A stretch of DNA of 64,000 nt from an uncultured SAR86 cluster bacterium (GTDB lineage Bacteria; Pseudomonadota; Gammaproteobacteria; Magnimaribacterales; D2472): the NCBI GenBank assembly GCA_902591665.1, contig CACJBO010000001.1, positions 199,085-263,084 on the forward strand, given 5' to 3'. Below are positions 55,439 to 64,000 of the stretch, in pieces. Position 1 is the first letter of the stretch. Every line of letters starts with the position of its first letter. The position numbers and the translations under genes are program-made. The notes under the pieces are model-generated. The model saw nothing but the letters and a program-made list of their open reading frames with translations, was not told where the DNA came from and did no database searches.

Positions 55439-56833
55439 CTAATATTTGTAGCTTTCTTCTTTAAATGGACCTTCTTGAGGAACGTTGATGTAATCAGCTT
55501 GATCTTTGGTTAGCTTAGTTACTACACCACCAAAACCAGCAACCATCAAGGAGGCAACCTCTTCATCGAGTTTTTTAGGAAGAACTTCTACAGTAATCAT
55601 TTCTGCTTTTCTATCTTCGTCATTGATATTAGCAAAACCTTGTTTGAATAAATGTATTTGCGCCAACACTTGGTTTGCAAAAGATCCGTCCATAATTCTA
55701 CTTGGATGGCCAGTTGCATTACCGAGGTTTACCAATCGACCTTCTGCCAAAAGTAATATGTAATTTTTACTTGAGAGATCTGGTGTTCCATCAGGTTTTG
55801 TATCTCTAAAAATTCTATGAACTTGAGGTTTGATCTCATCCCAATAGAATTCATCTCTTAAAAAAGCTGTATCTATTTCATTATCGAAATGGCCAATATT
55901 ACAAACAACAGCAGTATTTTTTAGGGTAGTTAACATTGCTGAATCACAAACATTCACATTACCAGTTGTAGTAACTACTAGGTCAATATCACCCATGACC
56001 TGCATATTTATATCTTCAGACTTTCTTGTTACAACGCCGTCTTTATAACAGGAAACAACTGCGAAACCATCCATGCACGCCTGCATGGCACAAATTGGAT
56101 CTGATTCAACAACACTTACAATCATTCCTTCTTGTGCAAGGCTGGCTGCGGAGCCTTTACCTACATCACCATAGCCAATTACTAAACCCTTCTTGCCTGA
56201 TAACAACATGTCAGTGCCTCTTTTGATCGCATCATTAAGACTATGTCTACAGCCGTATTTATTATCATTTTTTGCTTTAGTTACCGAATCATTAACATTA
56301 ATTGCTGGAATTTTAAGCTCACCTTTTTCAAGCATTTCTTTTAGTCTGTGCACGCCTGTAGTTGTTTCTTCTGAAACACCATGAATATTTTCTAGCATAT
56401 CTGGAAATTTTGCATGAACCATAGATGTAAGATCACTACCATCATCAAGGATCATATTTGCATCCCATGGCTTACCGTCTTTACAAATAGTTTGTTCTAT
56501 ACACCATTCGTATTCTTCTTCAGTTTCACCCTTCCATGCAAATGTTGGTATTCCCTTTGCTGCCATTGCAGCAGCAGCATGATCTTGTGTAGAAAAAATG
56601 TTACATGATGACCATCTTAATTCAGCTCCAAGGTCTACAAGAGTCTCCATTAAGACAGCTGTCTGGATCGTCATGTGTATGCATCCCATTATTTTTGCAC
56701 CAGCAAGTGGTTGCTCGTCACGATACTTATCCCTTAAAGCCATTAATGCCGGCATTTCATTTTCAGCTAACGAAATTTCTCTTCTGCCAAATTCAGCAAG
56801 ATTAATATCTGCTACTTTATAGTCATTTTCCAT
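55439..56833 (-). CDS. ahcY: Adenosylhomocysteinase
   Basis: 464 aa. N-terminal [27 protein letters not shown] and the NAD-binding GYGDVGKG motif. Confidence 0.97.
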   Translation of the reverse strand: MENDYKVADINLAEFGRREISLAENEMPALMALRDKYRDEQPLAGAKIMGCIHMTIQTAVLMETLVDLGAELRWSSCNIFSTQDHAAAAMAAKGIPTFAWKGETEEEYEWCIEQTICKDGKPWDANMILDDGSDLTSMVHAKFPDMLENIHGVSEETTTGVHRLKEMLEKGELKIPAINVNDSVTKAKNDNKYGCRHSLNDAIKRGTDMLLSGKKGLVIGYGDVGKGSAASLAQEGMIVSVVESDPICAMQACMDGFAVVSCYKDGVVTRKSEDINMQVMGDIDLVVTTTGNVNVCDSAMLTTLKNTAVVCNIGHFDNEIDTAFLRDEFYWDEIKPQVHRIFRDTKPDGTPDLSSKNYILLLAEGRLVNLGNATGHPSRIMDGSFANQVLAQIHLFKQGFANINDEDRKAEMITVEVLPKKLDEEVASLMVAGFGGVVTKLTKDQADYINVPQEGPFKEESYKY

Positions 56834-56859
56834 TTTTAATTTCCCTTTTTAATTTTATT

Positions 56860-58014
56860 TTATTGTGCAATGTCTGCAGCTTTATCAGTTTTTTCCCAAG
56901 AAAGATCAATATCTGATCTTCCAAAATGCCCGTAGGCAGCAGTTGGCAAATATATGGGCCTCTTTAAATCAAGCATATTAATTAAGCTTTTAGGTCTTAA
57001 ATCAAATTCTTCTTGAACTATTTTTACAATAGCTTCCTTAGAAATTTTCTCACTATTAAATGTTTCAACATGAATAGATGTTGGTTTTGCAACACCAATA
57101 GCATATGAGACTTGAATCTCACAATAATCAGCAAGTCCGGCTGCAACTATATTTTTTGCAACATATCTCGCAGCATAGGCCGCAGACCTATCAACTTTAG
57201 ATGGATCTTTGCCAGAGAAAGCTCCACCACCGTGTCTAGCCATACCTCCATAGGTATCAACAATAATTTTTCTACCCGTTAGTCCGCAATCACCAACGGG
57301 ACCCCCAATAACAAATTTACCTGTTGGATTAATATATATATTTGTAGAGTCTAAAAGCCATTCTTCTGGAACTATTGGTTTTATTATCTTTTCCATGACC
57401 TCAGATTTTATTTCTTCTTGTGTTACCTCTTCATCGTGCTGAGTTGACAAGACTACGGCTGATAAGCCTTCAATAGTTTTTCCATCATCAGAATAAATTA
57501 CACTCACCTGACTCTTAGCATCAGGTCTAAGCCATGAAATTTCCCCACTTTTCATCACATCAGCCTGTCTCTTTACTAGTTTGTGAGATAGATCTATTGG
57601 AAGAGGCATAAGAGAATCAGTCTCTTTACATGCGTAACCAAACATTAACCCTTGGTCACCAGCACCTTGTTCTAAGTTTTCTCCTTCACCTTCAGTTACA
57701 CCTTGAGAAATGTCTGGTGATTGTTCGAATACTAGATTAGTAAATTCACATGTATCGCCATTGAAGCCATACTCGTCATTATTGTATCCAATATCGTTAA
57801 TTGTTTTTCTGACAATTGGTTCAAGATCAGGACTACCCAAAGAAGTAATTTCTCCAGCAATAAAGACCATGTTATTTTTAATCATAGTTTCACATGCAAC
57901 TCTACTATTAGGATCATCTGCTAAATAAGCATCTAATATTGCATCTGAAATTTGATCGCAAACTTTATCTGGATGACCTCCCGAAACTGATTCTGATGTG
58001 AAAATATAACTCAT
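56860..58014 (-). CDS. metK: S-adenosylmethionine synthase
   Basis: 384 aa with [32 protein letters not shown] and GGGAFSGKD motifs. Confidence 0.97.
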   Translation of the reverse strand: MSYIFTSESVSGGHPDKVCDQISDAILDAYLADDPNSRVACETMIKNNMVFIAGEITSLGSPDLEPIVRKTINDIGYNNDEYGFNGDTCEFTNLVFEQSPDISQGVTEGEGENLEQGAGDQGLMFGYACKETDSLMPLPIDLSHKLVKRQADVMKSGEISWLRPDAKSQVSVIYSDDGKTIEGLSAVVLSTQHDEEVTQEEIKSEVMEKIIKPIVPEEWLLDSTNIYINPTGKFVIGGPVGDCGLTGRKIIVDTYGGMARHGGGAFSGKDPSKVDRSAAYAARYVAKNIVAAGLADYCEIQVSYAIGVAKPTSIHVETFNSEKISKEAIVKIVQEEFDLRPKSLINMLDLKRPIYLPTAAYGHFGRSDIDLSWEKTDKAADIAQ

Positions 58015-58192
58015 TTTATTCTCTCCAATTCACTTAATGATGTTATGCAAAGTACGTTTTTTTGACAAAAACTATGTGTAAAAAAAAGATAAATCACGCC
58101 TAGGTATATTTTATAGTAAAAAGTTATATTTAATCTATTAATTTCCTGTTAATGCTATTATTATTTATAAAATTCTAATAAATGGGAAAAAA

Positions 58193-60184
58193 TTGGAACA
58201 CTCCGAACCTATAAATGCCTTAAGATTTCTTTCTATAGACGCTGTACAAAAAGCTAATTCTGGTCATCCTGGAATGCCAATGGGAATGGCTGAAATTGCA
58301 ACAGTATTATGGAAAAATCATTTAAATCATAATCCTTTAAACCCTTATTGGTTCAACAGAGACCGTTTTGTTTTATCCAACGGTCATGGATCAATGCTTC
58401 TCTATAGCTTATTGCATTTAACGGGATATGAGATTTCGATGGATGATCTTAAAGATTTTAGAAAATTAAAATCTAAAACCCCCGGTCATCCTGAGTATGA
58501 TCTTGATTGTGGAGTTGAAACTACTACAGGACCATTAGGCCAGGGGATTGCTAATGCTGTTGGAATGGCAATTTCAGAAAAAATACTTTCAGCTGAATTT
58601 AATTCTAAGGAACACTCGCCTATTAATCATTTTACTTATGCATTCTTGGGTGACGGTTGTCTTATGGAAGGAATATCCCATGAAGCATGTTCTTTTGCTG
58701 GGACACATAATTTAGGAAAACTAATCTGCTTTTATGATCAAAATGGAATCTCAATTGATGGAGAGATAGAAAATTGGTTTACTGATGATACTGTAATGAG
58801 ATTTGATAGTTATGGTTGGCAAACCATAGAAGTGGATGGTCACAACGTTGAGGAAATAGATCAGGCAATTATTGCTGCAAAAAATGAGACTGAAAAACCA
58901 ACTATGATTTTCTGTCGAACAACAATTGGTTTTGGCTCCCCAAATAAATCTGGAACATCAGATGTTCATGGTGCCCCTCTCGGCGAAGAAGAAATTGTAA
59001 AAACCAGAGAAGCTCTTGGATGGGAATATGCGCCGTTTGAATTACCGCAGTCAATTTATGATTTTTGGGATCAAAAATCTAAGGGAACTAGTTTAAATGA
59101 ATCATGGAATGCTGAAATGGAGGCATATAAAACAAGCAATCCTGAAAAATACGAAGAGTTAAACAGAAGAATTGCTTCTAAGATGCCAGAAGATTTCGAT
59201 AAAAAATTCATTGATTTTCTTAATAAATGTGATTCAGAAAATACTTCAATGGCAACAAGAAAAGCATCTCAGGTATGTTTAGACTTTTTTGTCAAAGAGC
59301 TTCCAGAACTTGTTGGAGGATCAGCTGATCTTACCCCTTCAAATAATACTTTTACTAAATCAAGCTCAACATTTTCAAATGAAAATCCTTCCGGCAATCA
59401 CATAAATTATGGTGTTAGAGAGTTTGGTATGTCTGCAATTATGAATGGTATGGTTTTGCATGGTGGGATCAAGCCATATGGAGCAACTTTCCTTGTATTT
59501 ACTGACTATGCTAGAAATGCTGTAAGACTATCTGCACTAATGGGTTTACCAAACATGTTTGTATATACGCATGACTCCATAGCTCTTGGAGAAGATGGCC
59601 CTACCCATCAACCTGTGGAGCACTTAGTTACACTAAGATCTACCCCAAATCTTTATAATTGGAGGCCTGCCGACCTTGTTGAGACATCAATTGCTTGGAA
59701 AAATGCTGTCATTTCTGAATCCTCTCCTACATGCTTGGTTTTAAGCAGACAAAATACTAGTGCTATTTCAAGAACTAAGGAACAGATAGATGCAATTGAG
59801 AATGGAGGATACATAATAAAAGAAGAGGACGATGCAACTCTCTCATTAATTGCATCTGGAAGTGAGTTACAGCTGGTTCTAGACGCATCAGATGTTTTGT
59901 TAAACGAGCACGGGATTAAGACTAATGTAATTTCAATGCCATGTCTTGATGTATTTTTAGAACAAGGTGATGATTATCAATCAAAAGTCATTAAGCCTGA
60001 TCTGCCAGCACTTGTTGTTGAGCTGTCGCATCCTAATTCCTGGTACAAAATATTAAACAAGGGTGACAAAGTCCTTGGGATTGAGTCCTTTGGTGAATCT
60101 GCTCCTGCTGATGTTTTGCTTGAGCATTTTGGTTTCACAACCGCTAATGTTGTTGAGTTATCAAAATCGTTAGTTAATGATTAA
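58193..60184 (+). CDS. tkt: Transketolase
   Basis: 663 aa with SGHPGMPMGMAEIA and the GDGCLMEGISHEA ThDP motif. TTG start, with no in-frame ATG between the upstream stop and the conserved N-terminus. Confidence 0.96.
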   Translation: MEHSEPINALRFLSIDAVQKANSGHPGMPMGMAEIATVLWKNHLNHNPLNPYWFNRDRFVLSNGHGSMLLYSLLHLTGYEISMDDLKDFRKLKSKTPGHPEYDLDCGVETTTGPLGQGIANAVGMAISEKILSAEFNSKEHSPINHFTYAFLGDGCLMEGISHEACSFAGTHNLGKLICFYDQNGISIDGEIENWFTDDTVMRFDSYGWQTIEVDGHNVEEIDQAIIAAKNETEKPTMIFCRTTIGFGSPNKSGTSDVHGAPLGEEEIVKTREALGWEYAPFELPQSIYDFWDQKSKGTSLNESWNAEMEAYKTSNPEKYEELNRRIASKMPEDFDKKFIDFLNKCDSENTSMATRKASQVCLDFFVKELPELVGGSADLTPSNNTFTKSSSTFSNENPSGNHINYGVREFGMSAIMNGMVLHGGIKPYGATFLVFTDYARNAVRLSALMGLPNMFVYTHDSIALGEDGPTHQPVEHLVTLRSTPNLYNWRPADLVETSIAWKNAVISESSPTCLVLSRQNTSAISRTKEQIDAIENGGYIIKEEDDATLSLIASGSELQLVLDASDVLLNEHGIKTNVISMPCLDVFLEQGDDYQSKVIKPDLPALVVELSHPNSWYKILNKGDKVLGIESFGESAPADVLLEHFGFTTANVVELSKSLVND

Positions 60185-61325
60185 ATTATCCTCATTAAAA
60201 AACATTACCAATAAAAGTCTTGTTATAAGAGTTGATATGAACGTACCTATCAAGGAAGGAGATGTTCAAGACTTAACTAGAATAAGGGCATGCCTGCCAA
60301 CTATAAGATATGCTTTAGATCAGGGCGCAAAAATTTTATTAGTAAGCCATCTTGGAAGACCTACAGAAGGCTTGTATGAAGAAATCTTTTCCTTAAAACC
60401 GGTTGCTAAAGCCGCATCAGAGATTTTTGGTCAGGAGGTAGAAGTAGTTAAATCTATTGAAGACCCTTCAATTTTTCAAGGAAATTCCAGTATCCAATTG
60501 CTTGAAAATATAAGATTTTTTGAAGGAGAAAAAGCAAATACTGAAGAGTTAGGAGATAAGCTTGGTAATCTTGGAGATCTCTATGTCTTTGATGCGTTTG
60601 GAACCTCTCATAGGGAGCAGGCATCTACCCATTCATCTATTATTCATGCCAATGCAGCATGCTCAGGAATCCTGCTAGAACAAGAAATCGATGCACTTAC
60701 TAAAGCATTAAACAATACTCAAAAGCCCTATACAGCTATCATTGGCGGTGCAAAAGTTTCAACAAAGTTAGAACTTATTAAGAATATTAACTCTAAGGCT
60801 GATCACGTTATTGTTGGTGGAGGGATAGCTAATACTTTTATCAAAGCTGCAGGATATGAGGTAGGTCAATCTCTTATAGAGGAGTCCATGGTTGCTATTG
60901 CAAAGGAACTTTTAGAAAAGGGCAAAGTAATTCTGCCTGAAAAAGTTATCACCTCAGAGACTTTTGAAGGTAAAAATATTAGTGAAAAGAATATTTCTGA
61001 TGTTGGCATCAATGAAATGATTCTGGATCAACTTGTTAGTCAAAAAATTCGAGATATAGTTTTAAGTTCAAAAACTATTTTATGGAATGGGCCATTAGGA
61101 GTTTTTGAAAATGATTATTTTTCAAAGGGAACAGAAGAGCTATCTAAAGAAATAGCAAAATCAGATGGTTTTTCTATAGCAGGAGGAGGAGAGACTCTAT
61201 CTGCTATAAACAAATTTATTAACAAAGATGATGTATCATATTGTTCAACAGGCGGAGGAGCTTTTCTTGAATTTATGGAAGGAAAAGATTTACCATCCAT
61301 ACAGGCTTTAAAAGCTAAAATATGA
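60177..61325 (+). CDS. pgk: Phosphoglycerate kinase
   Basis: 382 aa with RVDMNVP, SHLGRP and STGGGAFLEF motifs. 8-nt overlap with tkt. Confidence 0.96.
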   Translation: MIKLSSLKNITNKSLVIRVDMNVPIKEGDVQDLTRIRACLPTIRYALDQGAKILLVSHLGRPTEGLYEEIFSLKPVAKAASEIFGQEVEVVKSIEDPSIFQGNSSIQLLENIRFFEGEKANTEELGDKLGNLGDLYVFDAFGTSHREQASTHSSIIHANAACSGILLEQEIDALTKALNNTQKPYTAIIGGAKVSTKLELIKNINSKADHVIVGGGIANTFIKAAGYEVGQSLIEESMVAIAKELLEKGKVILPEKVITSETFEGKNISEKNISDVGINEMILDQLVSQKIRDIVLSSKTILWNGPLGVFENDYFSKGTEELSKEIAKSDGFSIAGGGETLSAINKFINKDDVSYCSTGGGAFLEFMEGKDLPSIQALKAKI

Positions 61326-61341
61326 AGATAGGGAGATAGTA

Positions 61342-62355
61342 ATGTCATTAAATACTTTAGAAGAAATAGCGTCTTATATTGTCTCAGACGGCAAGGGTAT
61401 CCTCGCTGCTGATGAGAGTAATCCAACATGCGGTAAAAGATTCGACAGCATTGGGGTTGAGTCTAATGAGGATAATAGAAGAGACTATAGAGAAATGTTA
61501 TTTAGATCTTCAGGCATGAAAGATAATATCGGTGGCGTAATTCTATTTGATGAAACTATTAGACAGAATGCTAAAGATGGGACTTCTCTCGTTGATATTA
61601 TTTCTGATCAAGGCGCCCTTCCTGGAATTAAAGTTGATAAAGGACTTCAACCTTTTGGTGATTTAGATGAGACAGTAACTGTTGGCTTAGATGGCTTAGA
61701 TGAAAGATTGAAAGAATATGTTTCTATGGGAGCAAAATTCACTAAGTGGAGAGCTGTTATAAAAATTGGTGATGGTATGCCAACCCAAGATTGCATTGAA
61801 GCTAATATGAAAGCATTGGCTGATTATGCAAAAATTGTCCAAGATAATGGAATGGTTCCTATGGTTGAGCCAGAGGTGTTGATGGATGGTTCTCACTCAA
61901 TTGAAGATTGTTATGATGCATCAGATAGATCTTTGAAATCACTCTTTAAACATCTCGCCGATAATGAAGTAAATATAAAAGGAACAATATTAAAACCGAA
62001 CATGGTTACATCAGGTTCAAGCTGCAATCAGCAAGCTGATATTGATGAGGTTGCGAAAAAAACATTAGATTGTTTAATTGCCAACGTTCCTTCAGAGCTT
62101 CCTGGAATTACTTTTTTATCAGGAGGTCAATCTGATATTTTGGCAACTGCGCATTTAGATGCCATGAATAAAATAGGTGGGTTTGAATGGAAATTAAGTT
62201 TTTCATATGGAAGAGCACTTCAGGCTGCTGCACTTAAAGCATGGGGCGGTAAGCCAGAGAATATGTTCATATCTCAAGATGCTTTATCCCATAGAGCTAA
62301 AATGAATAAACTTGCTTCTCTCGGAAAATGGGATCAAGGCTTAGAAGACGAATAA
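61342..62355 (+). CDS. fba: Fructose-bisphosphate aldolase, class I (eukaryote/muscle type)
   Basis: 337 aa. GILAADESNPTCGKRF, GGVILFDETIRQ and the Schiff-base lysine context ILKPNMV parallel rabbit-muscle-type aldolase. Confidence 0.9.
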   Translation: MSLNTLEEIASYIVSDGKGILAADESNPTCGKRFDSIGVESNEDNRRDYREMLFRSSGMKDNIGGVILFDETIRQNAKDGTSLVDIISDQGALPGIKVDKGLQPFGDLDETVTVGLDGLDERLKEYVSMGAKFTKWRAVIKIGDGMPTQDCIEANMKALADYAKIVQDNGMVPMVEPEVLMDGSHSIEDCYDASDRSLKSLFKHLADNEVNIKGTILKPNMVTSGSSCNQQADIDEVAKKTLDCLIANVPSELPGITFLSGGQSDILATAHLDAMNKIGGFEWKLSFSYGRALQAAALKAWGGKPENMFISQDALSHRAKMNKLASLGKWDQGLEDE

Positions 62356-62358
62356 AGA

Positions 62359-62796
62359 TTGATTTCTTTAGTTCAAAGAGTCCTAGAGGCCAAAGTACAT
62401 ATTGATAATAAAGAATTTTCGTCAATCGGAAGCGGCCTATTAGTTTTAATTTGTATCGAAGATTCTGATACAAATGAATCTATAGCTAAGATGTCAGAAA
62501 AGCTTCTCAACTTTAAAATGATTGATGGTTCAAAAGGCATAACTTCTCGTTCATTAAAAGATTCAAAAGAAGAAGTTTTGATAGTAAGCCAATTTACTCT
62601 TTCAGCAATAACCAATAAAGGAAACAAACCAACATTTCATAAAGCCGCCAAGCCGGATAAAGCAAAATTAATGTATGATAAATTTGTAGATCTTTTTAAA
62701 AAAGAACATCAGTTCGTAAAACAGGGGAAGTTTGGCGCATCAATGAATATATCATCGATAAATAAGGGACCAGTAACATTTAATTTTAAAACTTAA
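62359..62796 (+). CDS. dtd: D-aminoacyl-tRNA deacylase
   Basis: 145 aa. MISLVQRV...GLLVLICIE...SQFTL parallels E. coli Dtd MIALIQRV...GLLVLLGVE...SQFTL. TTG start. Confidence 0.92.
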   Translation: MISLVQRVLEAKVHIDNKEFSSIGSGLLVLICIEDSDTNESIAKMSEKLLNFKMIDGSKGITSRSLKDSKEEVLIVSQFTLSAITNKGNKPTFHKAAKPDKAKLMYDKFVDLFKKEHQFVKQGKFGASMNISSINKGPVTFNFKT

Positions 62797-62803
62797 TTTA
62801 ATT

Positions 62804-63385
62804 ATGAAAAATATATCAGTTTTTTGTGGAGCTCATGAGGGTAACAATCCTAGATATGCTGAAGATGCGAAAAAGATTGGAGAAATTCTTGCAGCAAAAG
62901 GCATCAATGTTGTTTTTGGTGGTGGAAATGTAGGTCTTATGAAGATAGTTTCAGACGCAGCTCTTGATAATGGAGTAGATGCTATAGGAATTGGCTTAGA
63001 ATCTTTACATAATCTTGAGTTAGTGAACCCAAGATTAAAAAATCAAATAATTACAAAAACCTTATTAGATCGAAAAGATGAGTTTATGAAAAGATCAGAT
63101 GCATTTATAGTGCTTCCTGGTGGCGTGGGATCTTTGGATGAGTTAGCTGAGATAATGGCTAACAACCAGCTTGGACTTATCAACAAGCCGGTGGGACTTC
63201 TTAATACCGAGGGATATTACGATCATCTCCTATCATGGATGAAAAAGGCAGTTGAAGAAGATTTTATAACACAAGCAAATTTTAATGATTTAATAGTCTC
63301 TTCTTCGTGTGAAGATTTAGTAAATCTTATTATTGAAAATCAAAGACCTGACAATGATGATTGGACGAAAAGATTGGGTCTTTAA
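62804..63385 (+). CDS. LOG-family nucleotide 5'-monophosphate nucleosidase (TIGR00730-like)
   Basis: 193 aa with GGGNVGLM and PGGVGSLDE (PGGxGTxxE-type) motifs. Confidence 0.85.
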   Translation: MKNISVFCGAHEGNNPRYAEDAKKIGEILAAKGINVVFGGGNVGLMKIVSDAALDNGVDAIGIGLESLHNLELVNPRLKNQIITKTLLDRKDEFMKRSDAFIVLPGGVGSLDELAEIMANNQLGLINKPVGLLNTEGYYDHLLSWMKKAVEEDFITQANFNDLIVSSSCEDLVNLIIENQRPDNDDWTKRLGL

Positions 63386-64000
63386 TCTCTAGTTGTTAAG
63401 ATTTTCTCATCCGAGAAGCGATACATCATATTTCTATAAACGCATATATCAGTAATATTATCCGGAGTTCCACTTGGTATGCAGCGATAATTTGTAGAGA
63501 CTCTTATGTTGTCGTGTATTGGGAGAACCTTGTGCCATAGATGCCCATGTAATATGGCAAGAGATCCTTTGCTTGGTTCAATAATTACCTCATGCCCTAT
63601 CTCTTTACCAAAAGAATCTGAGGGTATTATTCCTTTCTTGTGTGAGCCTGGAATTAAGACTAGCTCACCACCAGTTGATTTATTAATATCCATTGTATAA
63701 ACAAGTCTGTTGATGTTAAAGATTTCTTTATTTTCAGGATTACAGTCTTGATGCCATGCTTGTCCATTTGATGACTTATTGCTAAACATTACCATGCTGT
63801 ACAAAGACTTCCATCCACTACCAAGTATTTTTTCTGTAATTTTTTGCAATCTTTGGTCATCTTCAACAATATTAAAAATTGTTTCTCCCTCAAGCTGAGG
63901 AAACCATGGAATAACATCCGTGTCTGATTTTTCTATGAAAGTCATGTCATGTTTGTATTCAGTATCTTTTTTAAAATGACTAAGAATTTTCTGATGATAG
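63382..64000 (-). CDS. Fe(II)/2-oxoglutarate dioxygenase, phytanoyl-CoA dioxygenase (PhyH)-like (probably 5'-truncated by the window end)
   Basis: WHQD...HLWHKV (H-x-D...H facial triad pattern). The frame stays open upstream of the ORF-track ATG (63945) to position 64000 (...YHQKILSHFKKDTEYKHD-MTF...), so the true start may lie outside the window. Confidence 0.55.
   Translation of the reverse strand, partial: YHQKILSHFKKDTEYKHDMTFIEKSDTDVIPWFPQLEGETIFNIVEDDQRLQKITEKILGSGWKSLYSMVMFSNKSSNGQAWHQDCNPENKEIFNINRLVYTMDINKSTGGELVLIPGSHKKGIIPSDSFGKEIGHEVIIEPSKGSLAILHGHLWHKVLPIHDNIRVSTNYRCIPSGTPDNITDICVYRNMMYRFSDEKILTTRD

Noticed and set aside
58015-58192. Possible SAM or SAH riboswitch, small ORFs, or a small RNA in the metK-tkt divergent spacer. 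The same question was asked of the 43494-43648 and 29701-29832 spacers.
   Set aside because: All three are extremely AT-rich. I can see no conserved riboswitch core, no tRNA-like or structured GC-rich segments, and only trivially short ORFs. They are best explained as promoter regions. A covariance-model scan would be needed to be certain.

Overview
This 64 kb window is origin-proximal core chromosome from a visibly AT-rich, very compact genome with gammaproteobacterial gene order. From memory, the local order resembles several Pseudomonas-type blocks joined together. I count about 70 protein genes with almost no spacer DNA. I see no rRNA or tRNA, no CRISPR, and no transposase, phage or recognisable defence genes. 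Gene order is: atpD(partial)GAHFEBI <- parB <- parA <- rsmG <- mnmG | mnmE <- yidC <- rnpA <- rpmH || dnaA -> dnaN -> recF -> gyrB; plsC and an alpha2-type glyQS (minus strand); an lpxL-like acyltransferase; trkH-trkA-fmt-def (minus); purE-tsaC-hemF-aroE-yheV. Next comes a complete aa3 cytochrome oxidase structural and assembly cluster (coxB-coxA-cox11-coxC, small twin-TM gene, surf1, unknown, ctaA, ctaB, senC). It is followed by a PhoX/DUF839-like gene; qor-gshA-pckA; dsbB; polA; a secreted TonB_C/TPR-like protein; a Coq4-like ORF behind engB; cytochrome c4-dsbA-cytochrome c; and a ubiK-like gene. The window ends with the yifL-like lipoprotein-lysA-dapF-DUF484-xerC-HAD operon; metK-ahcY; tkt-pgk-fba(class I)-dtd-LOG; and a partial PhyH-like gene. 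I do not see a convincing new multi-gene system here; this is housekeeping DNA. The observations most worth a second look are: (1) a near-consensus parS palindrome inside the last codons of recF; (2) uncertainty about where oriC lies, because both canonical spacers are short and poor in DnaA boxes; (3) a decayed 142-bp tandem duplicate of the 5' end of the lpxL-like gene; (4) three core-gene anomalies for a gammaproteobacterial context (GyrB without the large insert, alpha2-type GlyRS, eukaryote-type class I aldolase in a tkt-pgk-fba cluster lacking gap); (5) two uncharacterised genes wedged between polA and engB; (6) two conserved short genes that the ORF track misses (rpmH and a 35-codon lipoprotein). 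All family calls rest on motifs I recognise by eye, and no database search was possible.
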